Of a stretch of 64,000 nt of DNA, positions 14,938 through 28,859 are shown piece after piece. Origin of the DNA: Lytechinus pictus (taxonomy: Eukaryota). The DNA is taken from positions 16,060,001 through 16,124,000 of the forward strand of contig NC_087245.1 of the NCBI RefSeq assembly GCF_037042905.1, read 5' to 3'. The stretch's first letter is position 1. Every line of letters starts with the position of its first letter. The position numbers and the translations under genes were made by a program. The notes beneath the pieces were generated by a model. The model saw only the letters and a program-made list of their open reading frames with translations. It was not told where the DNA came from and ran no database searches.

Positions 14938-16479
14938 GGCTTATTATATTCACTCGCGTTCGTAATCACTCGGGTCGGGTTGGTAATCACACGCGTTTTT
15001 GATTTTTGGCGATTTTTTTTTTTTCGGTGCGATTTTTTTTCTAACGGTGTCTTCAATGGGACAAACGTACTGGAAAAATAAAATGAAATTGAAATTCGAG
15101 TTTCGTTTTATTTTAAGCTGGTAAGTGCCTTAAATAAAACATTCTCGACCACTGTTTTAAGATAACAAGCAAATTTTGACTACTGTTTTAACATAATCAC
15201 ATTCCACATCTTAAATCTTAGAGCCATAGGCGGCGGAAGCGGGGGGGCTCCCCCTAAGAAAAGAGAGAGGGGGGATAAAGGAAGGGAAAGAGGGAGAAAA
15301 GAGAAAGAAAAAAAAAGACAGACAGAAAGAAAGAAGCAAGGAAAAAAGGAGAAAGAGAGGAGAAAAGGAATAAAGAAGAAAAAGGAGGAAAGGCTACTCT
15401 CGATTTAGCTTTGCCTTTGGAGGATTTTCCTAAAGTCTGTGGTATTCTTTATAAAGCATAGTGAGGTGCTACAATTTCATAATATCACTATTTATTTGCT
15501 TCTCCCTTTCTTTGTGAATTATTCTACACGAACGTAAAAATCAGGGAGGAAAAAAGTGCTGAAGAAGAAGCAAGAAGGAAGGAGGAGGAGAAGTAGAAGA
15601 AGAAAAAAGAAGATGGAGGACATAAGGGGGTAAAAATGAAACTAAAAAGAGAAAATTGAGGGGAGGATGTAGAAGAAGAGAAAGAGAAGATAAAATAAGG
15701 GGAAGACTGAGAAGAGAAAAGGAAGAAGTGAGAAGGGAGATGAACAATAAGGAGAAAGGGAAGAAATTGAGAAGTAGAAGAACAGGGAGAAGAATAAGAT
15801 GACATAATAGTGGGAATAAAAAGAAGACTGAGAAAAAAGAGAAGTAGGAGGGGGAGAAAAGTGCACTCTGGTTATAAAGAAGTAAATAACAAATACCGGT
15901 AATATTAGGAATTCTTTATTACCTGTGACTCCCTGAAGCCATGTCTTCTGTTTTCCAATCCATTATTTCTGACTCAATCTGAGTTACCTCGTGCTTGGAG
16001 TTGTTTAAGGGGCCTGGATAAATTACGTAGCCGACAACTTCTGTTTTCATGAAGGCACCGGGACGGTACGGTACCTTGGCTTTGATCGTCGCGCGAATTT
16101 TTACCGTGAGAGCGCGCACAGCCACAGGGGCGGATCTTGACCAAAAGCTTCGGTCTTTGTGTCTATTAATTATTATGTTGGTTGTTCCGCTGAACTCCGT
16201 TGGCTCCGCTCACCAAATACAGAGAAATTAAAAAAAAAAATTAAAAATGTTTGAAAAAAAACCTCCTCGAAACAGACTGCTGCCAGCTGTCTGGGGCGGA
16301 TCAAGCTTGTTTTCTATTCTTTAATTGCCGACTTAAAACGAAACTCAAATTTCCCTGCATGTCTGTCCCATTGAAGACACCGTTAAAAAAAAATCGCACC
16401 GAAATAAAAAAAAATCGCCAAAAATTCAAAACGCGAGTGATTACGAACCAGAACGCGACGCGAGTGATTATAAACTGCC
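14938..16479. mobile_element. Non-autonomous GGC...GCC element with 8-bp TSD (MULE- or Merlin-like), copy 1
   Basis: ~170-bp TIRs with ATCACTCG(G/C)G repeats; GCATGAGG at 14930-37 and 16480-87; purine-rich interior 15260-15860. Confidence 0.8.
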
Positions 16480-19400
16480 GCATGAGGCGCTATCTCATTT
16501 CAAAATTTTGTTTCAAATCTGAAACTGACCTTTTTCGTTACCTTTTGTAATCATAAACGTGATACGAATCTCACTTCTATAAAATGATTAGACTGCATCT
16601 CGCGTGTGAGCAGAAATTTATACCTATTTGTAAATTGACTCGAAAATGGGATGTTTTAAGGACCACAGTTAAAATGAAGTCCATGTCATTTTCACCAAAT
16701 TTTGCAGAGAGTTACATTGGTATCTATGCATTATGAAAATGCAAAAAAATAATATAGGTTCATGTGCTTATTTTTTTTCTACGGGACTTCGAAGTCGCCG
16801 CATTTGAGTGATATGAAATGTTGAGCAATCAAGAGAATTATGCCTCTCTTAGACCTCACGGATTCACCAAAAGAGTTCAAACCATCTTTACTCTGTCGAT
16901 ATCGCATTAAACTTCCTCAAACTTTCAGGATATGTAACTAAGTGGATACCAAAGTAAGAGAATATCTTTTCATTAACAAAATTGTATCTATTTGGAGTCA
17001 GCAGCGCCCTCATTTGACAAAAATGGTGCATAAACTTCCAAAAAACAAATCTTCAAAAGACGTGAATCTACTCGAAAATTAAAAAAAGTATAGTTTAAGC
17101 TGCACTTTATTCAAAATCCATGTCATTTTCATCAAATTCGGCATAATTGTAGAGAAATGCATTGTGAATGTGTAGGGAAATTAAAAATATGGGGTCCATG
17201 TGCTCGTTTTCAAATTATCAGTGTCCAAAGTATTGTGAGTTGGCTTGAAATGCGCCGAAAACAAGCAAAAGTCTGGTAATACCGTCTAAAATGGGAATAG
17301 TTCCGTAGTCTTGCTCCCAAACATTGAAAATCCATGCCATTTTCATCATACTTTGCACATATGTACATTAGCACCTGAATATTCCAAATATGCAAAAATA
17401 ACATGCATCCACGTACTTGGTTTTCTGCTATAGAGCTTCAAAGTTCACCCAAATTGATGTTTTTAAGAATTGCGTATTCAAAAGAATTTTGCAATTTTAG
17501 ACCTCACGAGATCACAACAATGAGTTTAAAGCTCTATTTCTCAGTCAAAATCCAAGAAGATTTCATCATATTTCTCAATATAATCAATAATTGTATCCTT
17601 AAGATGGATAATCTATTTATATTGCTATTAATTGTTTGTTCCTCTCAAGTCTAACAGCACTCTCAGTTCTTAGAAATTGCGCGAAAGATAACAAACACTC
17701 CCCAAAATTCCAAATCCTCTACCATTTTATTCAAACTCGGGGTCATATATTCGTCATACATTGCAGCACTACAGAGTAAAGTATTTTGAAATTGTAGAGG
17801 AATAAAAAAAAGGGTTCCTGTTTCTTTTTGTGTGTGTGAATAATTCCAGTTTATTAGCTCCATAAAATAACACACCGGATCTGCAGTTAGTGCAGAAAAG
17901 GGGAAAAAAATCAACTCATACCTACAGCTGATTAATGACCTGTTCATCTATTGTGACGTCAGCGCGCAGAGTGTAAAATATGCGCAGATCATTTTTCTTT
18001 ATTTTTAGGGCCAACAGTTTGGGGTCCCAGTCACTTCGCCCACCTTTGGATCGGCCTATGTAGATTATATTATTTTGTTACATCTATCAACCAAGACTTG
18101 CTAACCATCATCGGAGCTTATTAGCTATACGCAAAGAATAGTCCTATGAAAATAAGTGGTAACGTGGCAACGTGGCAACGTCGTATCTGTAGGAGTATGT
18201 AATTTTGTAATATCGATAGATTCACTGTCAGGTAATGAAATTTGACCCACAATGAAACAAAGAGTCCATTCATCGCATTATTGGTTCAGTTTATGAAAGA
18301 TTCATTACCCCAAACTGCAACAGTGCATTATAGTTAAATCCATACTTTTATCGGCTTTTCTCGCTTTAGTGAAAACTCGTCCTTGCCATTGCTACGAGAT
18401 TGAACAAATAAAATCATATGGATTACTGTTTTCTGAAGTGAAATTAGGGGGTGTATAGATTCTAATATCATGCTGACAGACGATTGTCACCGAAGAGGAG
18501 AAGGATCATTTGAATATCAATAAAACTATAAGAAAGTGATAAATCACTAGATTCAATAACTGTTGATAAATCAGCTTTCGAAATAGGGATTTCAAATAAA
18601 TAATAGTATTTGCATGAGCATTTTATTCTATGGGCGTGTGAGCATATGAGCCTATGCCAACATTGATTTGACTTTAAATAGCTAAGCAGCAAGGTCCAAC
18701 TTTTCGCATATTTATGTGATATCTTGAATGAAGCCCAGAAAAAATCGCGTCCGAAAATTTATTTAGTGCTTAAAAAAGTGAAATATAGACATGATAAAGT
18801 GACAGGAAACACCATTTTACTGTCTTTACATACACTAATGCACTTTATGTGTTCTAGTACCGGCTCGAAGATGCAAAATTACAAAAATCGTGGTTCGCGT
18901 TGTACTTATAGCTTTTAAATCTGAGAAATTGTTGTTTTTAGGGTTTGGTTTTAGTCCTTATACATTATGCATGTTTCATCCTGGTTTTTTTTTCGCAAAG
19001 CACTGCTAGCCTATGACTTAAATGGGGAAAAATCAGAATAGTGATTTGAAATACTAAAATGGAAATTCCAGTCCATTTTGAGCCTCTCTGAATAAAAGCA
19101 CATCCAATTCGAATTCGTAATGACGACATCATCGGATGCGACTTGAAGTCGATTTGGACTGTACTCAGACCACAGCAGCAAAGCAAACTTCTGTTTTTAG
19201 TATTCCTCGCATTATGACAAAATTCAACGTAGAAGGGTCGCGTAATATGCAACGGGCTTGGAACGTTAAATCTTATACAATTTGGGTTCAAACTCCAAAT
19301 AAAATAAAATGACTATTTCAGTGGAGGAATAAAATCATTTTCAGCTAGCTCGATTCACTCGCTCCCATAACATAAACAAATCTAACAAAATTGATTTGGC

Positions 19401-20086
19401 TATTTCCGATATTCCCCCCCCCCCTCCCAACCACAACATTAAACCGCCGCCACTTGTTGATATACATCACAAAAAATAAATCCAACCCAGCTTGATTATG
19501 TTGCTGTCAAATGAATATGAGGAGTTAAAATTGCAGGGAACAAAAGAGCCCCTTTTTCATCGAATTGTTCATTAATATTAATCAGTGCAACTGACAAGCG
19601 ATGAATATTAAATCGTTTCTCTTCGCGCGTGTTCTCAAGCTGAATTAATATCCTGCTCTTGCACAATGGATTGATTTGAGCAATGGTGTTGGATCAATAT
19701 TGTGATATTCTTGCACGCTATATTAAAATAGGGTTTCCAACACACTATTCGATACTACTTTCAAGATGAAATACGTGGTCACGTATTTGTCAAGTATTAT
19801 GCGATTGTAGGAGGATTAAACTCGTTGTTACATACGAATTACAAGTAAGTACCAATTCATAATTATTCATGCAATTTTATATTCCATTTTTAAGTTGTTC
19901 ATTCCTTTGTGCTTTTTTTTGCAAAATCTAATATCTACTTTGGATTTGGATAGAGATTTTGATCAAATTTAGTAATGTTGGATGGGTCAAAAATGGGCCA
20001 GAATGTTTTTGTTTAATTTTGTTATACCCAAACTTCGCATTACAACAATATGTGTTGTAAAGGAACATCATCTGTAGCATCGTGTT

Positions 20087-20286
20087 CACTTTTTAAAATG
20101 TTGGGCAACATACTGTCCACACAACAATAATTGGTTAAAACTTTATCCAATTCTGGGTAGTTTTAAACCAATAAAGTGTGCTTTGGGTGAAAACTACACA
20201 GTATTGGCTGAAAATTACCCATAGTTTGATAAAGTTTTTTAACCAATTTTTGTGTGGACAGTATGTTGCCCAACAATTTAAGAGTG
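20087..20286. mobile_element. CACT...AGTG fold-back MITE (EnSpm/CACTA-like ends)
   Basis: Nearly the whole 200 bp is an inverted repeat (TGTTGGGCAACATACTGTCCACACAA / TTGTGTGGACAGTATGTTGCCCAACA); TSD not resolved. Confidence 0.7.
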
Positions 20287-20653
20287 TAATTATTTTGCTC
20301 GATTCGGCAGTATGCTAGGCCGCATCAGGCAGATATAAACTCACAATGCACAGCTGATACTTTTTAGATGCATCAAAGCCGGGATCAAAGCATACCTAAT
20401 ATTATTTGTGTCTTTGATACCATTTTCTCTCCCACAATAGAACACTTATTTCGATATAAAATTATGTTTCGATAACGCTCATTTGTTATTCATTTTTATT
20501 TATAGCAGATTTATGAATGATGAGAAAAAGTGTGATTACAATTAGAAAACAGAGAAACATATCGGACGTCTTATAGATACAGTGGACTTGATGAAATAGG
20601 ATGGTAACTTTCCTGATGTTGCAGTCACATCAATCGAACCGACTCCAGCCAAA

Positions 20654-20922
20654 TTTTCTGTTTCTGTTTATGGTAACTCCCGTAGGAACTCGGCAGGACA
20701 GCATTTTGCTGGTAAACGCCAAGCTGGTATATAACCAATTACCTATGAAACAATTTACGTCTAGGTTAATCAGTCATAGTGGCTGACGTTATAGACGACA
20801 GATATCACTCTCGGAGTCTCGGGCCTTTTTATCAAAGTGGAGACAATTGCAGAGTTGGGATTCGAACTCACAACCTTGCGATTGTGAGTCCAATGCTCTA
20901 ACCACTGGACCTCACAACCCGT
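20654..20922 (-). mobile_element. tRNA-derived SINE
   Basis: Minus strand reads GGTCCAGTGGTTAGAGC (A box) ... GAGTTCGAATCC (B box), then a ~190-bp body and an (AAACAG)n tail. Confidence 0.7.
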
Positions 20923-21164
20923 AATTAAAAGCTTTTACGTATTATGGATCGGTATTTAGTCGGTTTCGTTATTGTGACTGGCAGGGCACCGGATCTGAGA
21001 ACAGTGATAACGAATTCAGCCCATACTCGCAATACATAACATGTGCAGAATTTACAGTGCACGCGGCACGCACACATGCTATTTTGTCAGAATAATGTAT
21101 TTTAAAGACGACTCGGCGATATAAAATGATTTATTAGACGGCGGACAAAGCCAGGTCATAAATA

Positions 21165-21600
21165 CCGTGTTTACACTTGATCGGCTTTTGGTTTAGAACC
21201 AAAAGCAGATGCAGAATCGGCTTTTGGTTTGCGTTTACACGTTGTTACAGCTCGCGGTTCAGAACCGCGAGCCGATGCAAAAACCTGAAATGATACGCAC
21301 ACCAACAATATACGTCATAATAAAGACAACGCTGGATCAGTGCGTTTACAATTACGTCACAATGATAAAGTAAATGAAATGCGCACAAATTGCCGATGCA
21401 GAATCGGCTTTCTGTTTACACGTAGTAAAAAAGCCGATTCTGCATCGGCTCGCGGTTCAGAACCTATACTACTTTGGTGGTGCAAATTGCCGGTTCTGAA
21501 CCGCGAGCCGATGCAAGTTACTCGCGTTTACACGCTATGAAAAAGCCGATGCTGCGTCGGCTCGCGGTTCAGAACCGCGAGCCGATTCAAATGCCGAAAG
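21165..21600. repeat. Palindrome-rich repeat, probable PIF/Harbinger-type MITE arm
   Basis: Five GTTTACAC/GTTTACA motifs and repeated palindrome TCGGCTCGCGGTTC-A-GAACCGCGAGCCGA (perfect arms at 21557-21585). Confidence 0.6.
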
Positions 21601-22625
21601 TAGTTTATAATTTGGGTTGGCGCGGTTGACGAGGTGACGCGTCAGAGCGCGCCAGTCTATATTGTTTATGCGCAGAATGACAAGAATCGATACTGGGCGC
21701 AAGGAGCGCGCAGGTTGTGCGCGCGCTTTGGTGAAGGCGCGAGAAATAGTATTGGCTTTCATCGGAGATGATCGTGCGAAAGATTCCTGATCTCAAAGGC
21801 GGGGAGGCTGGTATTCGGTATACACTCATATTTTTCGTGAAATTTAGGCCTCACCCAAATTCTCATGCCGAAAGGCTGGTATATAATTATGTATATGTGT
21901 ATTATGTATATATGTATATGATATGATATATAATAAGTATGCCATCTGTAATCCACCGATTTGCCGATAGCTCATAATATAGTTAATAGCAGTGCTGGTA
22001 TTCATGTCCGGCTAGCAGAGTACCAGTGGGAAGCAGCCGCGAAATTTAACGTTAATTTTCTGGGAGGGGGGCCATCTAGCCGGGGGTTTAAACCCCCCCC
22101 CTTCGGAGAGCTAAAACAAGGCTATCGGTTGGTTCCAGACATGCATGTATGTAAGTCTCAGAGGTATTGTTCATATTCATGTTTTATAGTTATGTCATCG
22201 TGACACCAGAATCCGAAAATCATTCATCTCTGCATAATAACGACACGACATAATCGCACATTATTTTGTTATTCCATTTTGTTCGCCGAGAACAATGTCA
22301 TGATGAAAACAAAGAAACCAAACCAAACCAATGAAGTTTTTTTTAACGCTCTTAAATTCTGCATAGGCATGTGACACTGCGAAAATTGGTTCGTATTTCA
22401 CAATGGAACTGTATTCTTTGAATCATTCCCATTTTTCGTAAATAAAGACCAATTAACTATCATTATATCTTTTCATTGAATTCACAATATAATCAGGCTA
22501 TTCGCAATGGATTTATGGAAACATGAAAAAGGTGTAACTCAAACGGGCATCTGACATGTCTGTCAAAAGATTCAACGTATGATCGAGACCCTTGGAGGAT
22601 TATTCCACTTTTGATATCTTTTCAG

Positions 22626-22632
22626 TATAAAA
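22626..22632 (+). promoter_or_regulatory. Candidate TATA box of the Ly6-PAN gene
   Basis: TATAAAA 150 bp upstream of ATG 22776. Confidence 0.35.
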
Positions 22633-22775
22633 GTCAAACAAAAAGCTAATATGCTGATTTGGTTTTCATAAACAGAAGTCATCAACCTATGCACCTTTGA
22701 ACCGGAAGTAAATACTGATTGGATACCAATGTCTTCGGATTAGAGGTTGAATTAAGTTCCTGCCTTCGATTAAAA

Positions 22776-22829
22776 ATGGAATACAGACAGCATGAAAACA
22801 CATACCTCGGCAGTCTAACGATAATTTAC
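22776..22829 (+). CDS. Ly6/uPAR-mucin-PAN secreted protein, coding exon 1 (MEYRQHENTYLGSLTIIY)
   Basis: ATG, 18 codons, then GTGAGT donor in phase 0; joins in frame to the hydrophobic exon 2. Confidence 0.6.
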
Positions 22830-23267
22830 GTGAGTATAATCACATTGATCAGCGAATCGTATTCGGCGCCAGTCATGTCATATTTCGTGACTCCTACAAT
22901 ATATTTCAGTTCATTTTCTGCCATTGGTATGTTTTTGTCGCAGTCATTTATTTGTTCGCCGATGCCAAATGGATTTTAACACCAAGGAAACTTGAAAATA
23001 AACGCTGCAAATGGGTGTGAAGAAATGCTATCCAAAACACTTGATTGTAAATTTTTTCATTCTATTCTTCAATCGTTTGACCCCCTCTTTTCTCCATTTA
23101 GTTTCCTCTTTTCTCTTTCATATCTCTATCGATATGCGCATGTCAGCCTTAGTAATCATTTGATCTGATGCTATAACCCACAAATTCAAATGCTGTGAAG
23201 TGTAAACGAACAATCATTACTTTCTTTGTCATCGTCGCCGTCGTTTATACCGGACTTTTTTCATTAC

Positions 23268-26200
23268 TACGGAGAACACTCTCTACAACGCAACAATTCC
23301 TTTACAAATGTAAGTCAAATCACAATGGAGAGCTGAGAGGCTCTTGTCGAAAGTTGGTGGACCGGGACGCGAATTTTTAAACCGTAGGATGGCCACTGAA
23401 GAATCATGAATTATTCATGAGCGATTCGCTTCGCAATCCGCCTCGCTCAACACACTAGTCTGTAATAGAGGCCGTGTTTTTTGTGAGCGTTTTAATGCTG
23501 CTTATGTTATGACAGTTATTTCGTCTTGAATTATATTCTTTCCTCATCTTGATAAAAAAAGAATATTGTATTTATTTATCCAAGATTAAATCTGGATCTA
23601 CTACGAAATATCTCGCCGCACAAAATATGAATTAATATTTTTAAGGACTAGAAAGCAAAGACTATATGGATAAATCGATGTTACACAGCTGAACTCGCGC
23701 CTGATTTGTGGGAAGTTTTGATGCCATTGAAGTTTTTATTGTTCAAGGTTTAACCAGTTGACTACTAACTTATATGATATCATGACGTTTTATAAAGGGG
23801 ATGGGTTAATATAAATCGAACCCCACATGGTACATACAATGGGTTAATGTTGGAAGCTAGAATTGGTGGGGGCTGCCGTATGTAAAGTTAGATCTAGATC
23901 CCAGCTGTACACAAGGCTCAGGGGTGCATACAGTAGATCGCTCTACAGAACATTTATATAAAATTTTAATAGTCAATCAACAATAATTTGAATTGGATGC
24001 CTTTCTTATATTGTTTGAATCTCCGCAGTGTAATTCACTTATTTGGGTTTGTCTTTCTGACAAAGAGGTTCTTTCAATCTTGAAATTGTAATTCATATCA
24101 GTGATATGATACTACTAAAAAAAAACCAGACAAAATATTTGACAAGAATTAAATACATTTAACAAAGATTAGAATTAAAGTAACGGTATGCCTAGTGGTA
24201 ATCCTGTTAGAAGAAAATGTATGTGTTTGCTGTTTTAATTGATAATACTATTTTAGAATAATACTTAAGACCTACATGTAGTTATGATGTCACTGGCGCC
24301 GTTTCAAAGCGTATTTATATGTTATGTTATGTTATGTTATATCGAGGTTTTTTTTTTATCTGACTGCTAAGAAAGCACGAATGCCTGTGAGCAAGCAACC
24401 CGGGGACCGACGGCTTAAGGTCCTCTCCTATATTGCTTGAAACTATAACTGCACTATCTTTTTATAATTTCAACTTTGTGGGACAGAGAAAGTTTATGTC
24501 ATTATGTATGTTTCATTTAATTGCATCACATTAATCTGGTTGATGAAGAAATTGTTTTAAATTGATATACCGTTCTTTGTATTTTATACCAGTTAAGTTA
24601 ATCAATTTCTTTTCACAACCACAGCAATAGCAGTTGGTATACAGTACAATCATGTTTTCGACCAACCCTATAACCTAGTATCGATGTGTTCACAAAGCTA
24701 AATAAATGCAATAAAATGAAGAAAAAAAACAGTGAGTGGGGGATGTAATTGGTCCCTCATTTGTATACCGACTAGGATGTGCTTATAACTGTTTTGTTAA
24801 ATTAAGCTGAACTTTAGCATGTCATAAATATCACATTTAAGTCAAATTTTGATGATTTTTTTAGTGTTATTCTTCTTTGATTTGTCTCTTTTTAATCAAA
24901 TAATTTTTTTTTTGAGGGGTGGACTTGCCCTTTAACAGTGATGGATAAATGTTAACAGCTGCTGAACATATCCCTGATTTCCTGTATTCATATAAATCAT
25001 TTTTTGTAGAGGAGAGAGAACAGAAATAAAGACACGTATGCTTTCATGATCGGCCAGTAAACATAATGCTTTCTATTATTATGTTCCATTTTGTCAGTTG
25101 TGTGAAGGGATGTATACAGTATAAAGTTACAATTTAATAAACCGCAATATTAACTGTAATGTTATATATAATTATGATCAATGTGAAAGAAAGTCTGATG
25201 GAGTAAGAGATAGAGGGGGGGGGTGAAGGGCGATGGAGCGAAGGGTCGGGTGTGATGTCATACATGATTGTGTTCAGTGATACATGACAGATGATAGATA
25301 CATAAACAGGATATCAATATTTAAACCGTAATATAACATGTAATTATGGTTAATGTGAAAGAAATTTTGAAGAAGTAAACGTGTACTTTGAGAGAGGAAT
25401 AAGAGACACAGAGACTCGAAGAGAGGGGGGAGAGGGGGAGGAGGGGTGGATAAGTGATGTTATACATGTGGTCAGTGATGCATGGCAGATGATAAATACA
25501 TGAATGGATAGTGTTAATTTCAAAATCATAAACATAATATCAATATTCATTTGATTAAATTGCAGTTAGATCTGAAGATAAACAACAATGCACGTGTTGT
25601 GCTAATTATATTACCCAAGAAGAATTACACACAATTAAAACAATTTGAATGTCATTCCGTTTAGGCAGTGTCCTACATTAGAGAATGGAAATTATCTGGA
25701 CACAGAACAATTTAAGAAAATAAACTTTTCCCCTCAAAATGTACGTTTTCAGTAAAGGAATAAAATGCAGATGAAAACGAAATTATATGAACAAAGCATG
25801 AAAAGATGAGAGAGACTCACTGAAAGAGAGAGAGTGGAGAGAAAACTTGCAAAGCACAACCACCCTGTCTGTGGTGAGTCTATACAACATATACACACTC
25901 AATAAATCTTTAAAATATAACTTTTGTCTAAAAAAAACACTAATAAAGTTGCATTCATTCAAATTTTGTTTTCATTCTAGACTCCCGGTCTAGACATACT
26001 TGGGATCATTTTTTATTCACCAGAACGCTCAAAAACTTTTGCTAAAAAATTATTTGTCATTATGATAAATACTGTAATAAAGACTAATAAAAACTGACAG
26101 TGTAAAAAAAAAAAACCCAAGCATTTATCCCGACGAATAAGAAAAAATAAGCCAAGCATTGTCATGTCAACCTCATTTCACCACACATGGGTAAATGGGA

Positions 26201-26733
26201 ATGAGGGGGAGAGAGAGAGAGCGACCGGAGAGATTTGAGCAACACCATTGTCGTCACGTTGTACATTTAGTCTATAAATAGAGACATATTTCTAACCTGA
26301 AGCTTCTAGATACGAGTATTCCTCCGTCAACAAACACTAATTTACTTTAAAAACAAAACAAATAACTAATCTTTATAATCAACAGGGGTGATTTAGAATA
26401 ATAAGCAATTGCTTTAATTTTTTTAAGAAGAGAATTTTATAAGGGTCTCCTATACCCTTGAATCAAAGACTAATTGATCGCAAGAAGCGAACTACTCATG
26501 AATAATTCATTTTTCTTCAGTGGCCATCCTACGGTTTAAAAATTCGCGACCGGGACAGCATCGGAATATCTTGCCTCTGGACACGACATATTTGCAATTG
26601 TTCGTCCGGTGCAAATCTTCGGATGTTCTGTTGTCCCAGTCCACCAACTTTCGACAAAAGCCTCTCAGCTCTCCATTTGTGATTTTAATCTTATTTTCAA
26701 AGGAATCGATGCGTTGTAGAAAGTGTCTCCGTA
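23268..26733. repeat. Diverged inverted pair (23268-23437 / 26477-26733) in intron 1; old TIR element or two inverted repeat copies
   Basis: ATGGAGAGCTGAGAGGCTCTTGTCGAAAGTTGGTGGAC and GAATTTTTAAACCGTAGGATGGCCACTGAAGAA match the reverse complement at 26515-26676. Confidence 0.7.
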
Positions 26734-26803
26734 CATGCGAAAACTCTCTCGTATCACCATTTACACTCCATGGAATCACCTTCTTTATTTCCCCTTTTAA
26801 TAG

Positions 26804-26852
26804 ATTATTGCTGTGGTACTTCAAGTTCTAAGTTTGGGATCAGTGTGCTCTG
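26804..26852 (+). CDS. Ly6/uPAR-mucin-PAN protein, exon 2 (IIAVVLQVLSLGSVCS, end of signal peptide)
   Basis: Pyrimidine tract plus TAG acceptor; GTACGT donor in phase 1; hydrophobic core followed by small residues. Confidence 0.75.
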
Positions 26853-28146
26853 GTACGTATTCTTTGGGAGATGATATTTCAGATTTTTTTTAATCAAATT
26901 AATCAGGTAAAAGTGAAAGAAGATGAATAAACTCTAATCCGCACTATAAAGATTAATAAAGCAAAATGACATTTCACTCCAAAATCATTCATTATATTTT
27001 CTTTGAATTTGATTGAATTTATTTGACAGCATTAAAACTCAACGTCAAAATCATTAAAATCCCATATGATAACATACACAATAATGAGCCAGGACCTCTT
27101 AAAACAATTTACACTTGTAGGATACGCCCTTAAATTAAATATTTTTTTTAAATTACTGTTTAAATAGTGAACAACTTCATTTAAACTTTTGAAGAGCGGA
27201 AAGCTTTTCGCTTTGATAGCAAAATAAGAATTTCACGAGAATGAGGGCAAAAGGGACGAATGCAGAAGAAAGACAGTGCTATTGTAAAGTGGAATAATCA
27301 GGAATACAGAAGTCTTAGACGATGTCAAATAGTTTTGATAGTTAATCAATGTATGGAAAAAGGAGACCGATAGTGCTATTTACCTTCCATTACGCGTCAT
27401 GACGGGCCGGAATCATTGCGCAAAATAATTCACTCTTACCCCTCCACCCCCCCCCCCAAAAAAAAAAACATTGCTTCGACGATTACGACCAAAATATCAC
27501 TGGCAACCGTTCAATATGTTCGGCAATAGGCATGATTATCATTATTATTATCATAAGTTTGGAACAAATTCAATTTTTAGTTCGAGACAAGAATAATGTA
27601 ATGAGGGAGTCACTATTGTCATCTCTGTCAATCGTAATTCATAATTCATGTAATTGTTATAATATCATGAGGTACTGGAATCGATTCGTTTAGTTTACAT
27701 CACCAAATGAGTCGACTAGGAAGATGAGATGCCACATTACTGTATAATTATTTTACTGGGTACATGAGCTGCGTTAAGAAAAGGACTGTTTTGAATTCTC
27801 TTATAAACTGAACAACCTTGAAAGAGGTGTGGGGCATCAAAAATTAGCATTTAATACTTAATTTCTGGAAGCGAGAGTGTTTCAAAATTGGTGAATGGTC
27901 AATACTGGTGAATTAATTTAACATTTTAAAAACACAAATAAATATCACTTTAAAATGTAAGAGCACCTATTTGTGGTCCTTAAATATTTATTGGAACCCC
28001 AAAGTTCTTAGCTTGTCAGAGATAACCACATCCATCAATAATTCAATATATTGATTAAAAAGATTATTAATAAAATGAAGCCCAAAGGTCGTTCAAAAAT
28101 TTAAGTGTCTACTTTAACACAATAAATATTATTTTTATTTGACCAG

Positions 28147-28223
28147 GAATCACATGTCAGTACTGCGATAATGTTCCATCGCTAGAAGAATGTGATTCAA
28201 CACGGGAATGTGCGTCAAATGAG
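28147..28223 (+). CDS. Ly6/uPAR-mucin-PAN protein, exon 3 (GITCQYCDNVPSLEECDSTRECASNE)
   Basis: CAG acceptor in phase 1, GTAAAT donor in phase 0; CxxC N-terminal half of a three-finger domain. Confidence 0.85.
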
Positions 28224-28253
28224 GTAAATTGGTATTAAAGAAAGTAAATTTAA

Positions 28254-28859
28254 GTGGATGATCCGGGCTGAAAATATTAATATGTAAATAAATAGAGTAA
28301 CATTCACAAAGCAAAATGCTGAAAATTTCATCAAAATCGGATAACAAATAACGAAGTTATTGAATTTAGAATTTATCAATATTTTGTGAAAACAGTTATA
28401 TGCATCGTGATGAATATTCATTAGGTGGGCTGACGATATCATATCCTCAGTTTCCTTTTTCTTATGTTATTACATGAAATCATAATTGTTTTATTTTTTC
28501 ATACATATGTAAATGATGTGTCTCCCTTATGATGAGATAAGTTGCGGCAATAAATAATTAATGCACTTGATCAGTTGTCAATCCAATTGTTTTAGTTCTT
28601 GGTATGTTAGAAAATGTTTGAATAAACCTAATTTCATATAATACAATACAAAAGAACAAGTGGGGATATAACATCATCAGCCCACCTAATTAATATTCAT
28701 GAAGACATGCCTAGAACTGTTTCACCGGAATAATGCAAATCTTTAAAATTCAATAACTTCGTTATTTGTTATCCGATTTTGATCAAATTTTGAGCATTTT
28801 GCTTTGTGAATTTTACTCTACTTATTGAGATATAATTACCTCCAGCCTGGACCATCCCT
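28254..28859. mobile_element. TTAA-flanked MITE (Kolobok-like)
   Basis: TTAA at 28250-53 and 28860-63; ~190-bp imperfect TIRs, right end GGACCATCCCT; related fragments near 24700-24935 and 6480-6610. Confidence 0.75.

Noticed and set aside
15260..15870. Phe/Ser/Leu-rich ORFs on the minus strand
   Set aside because: Low-complexity purine tract inside a transposon.
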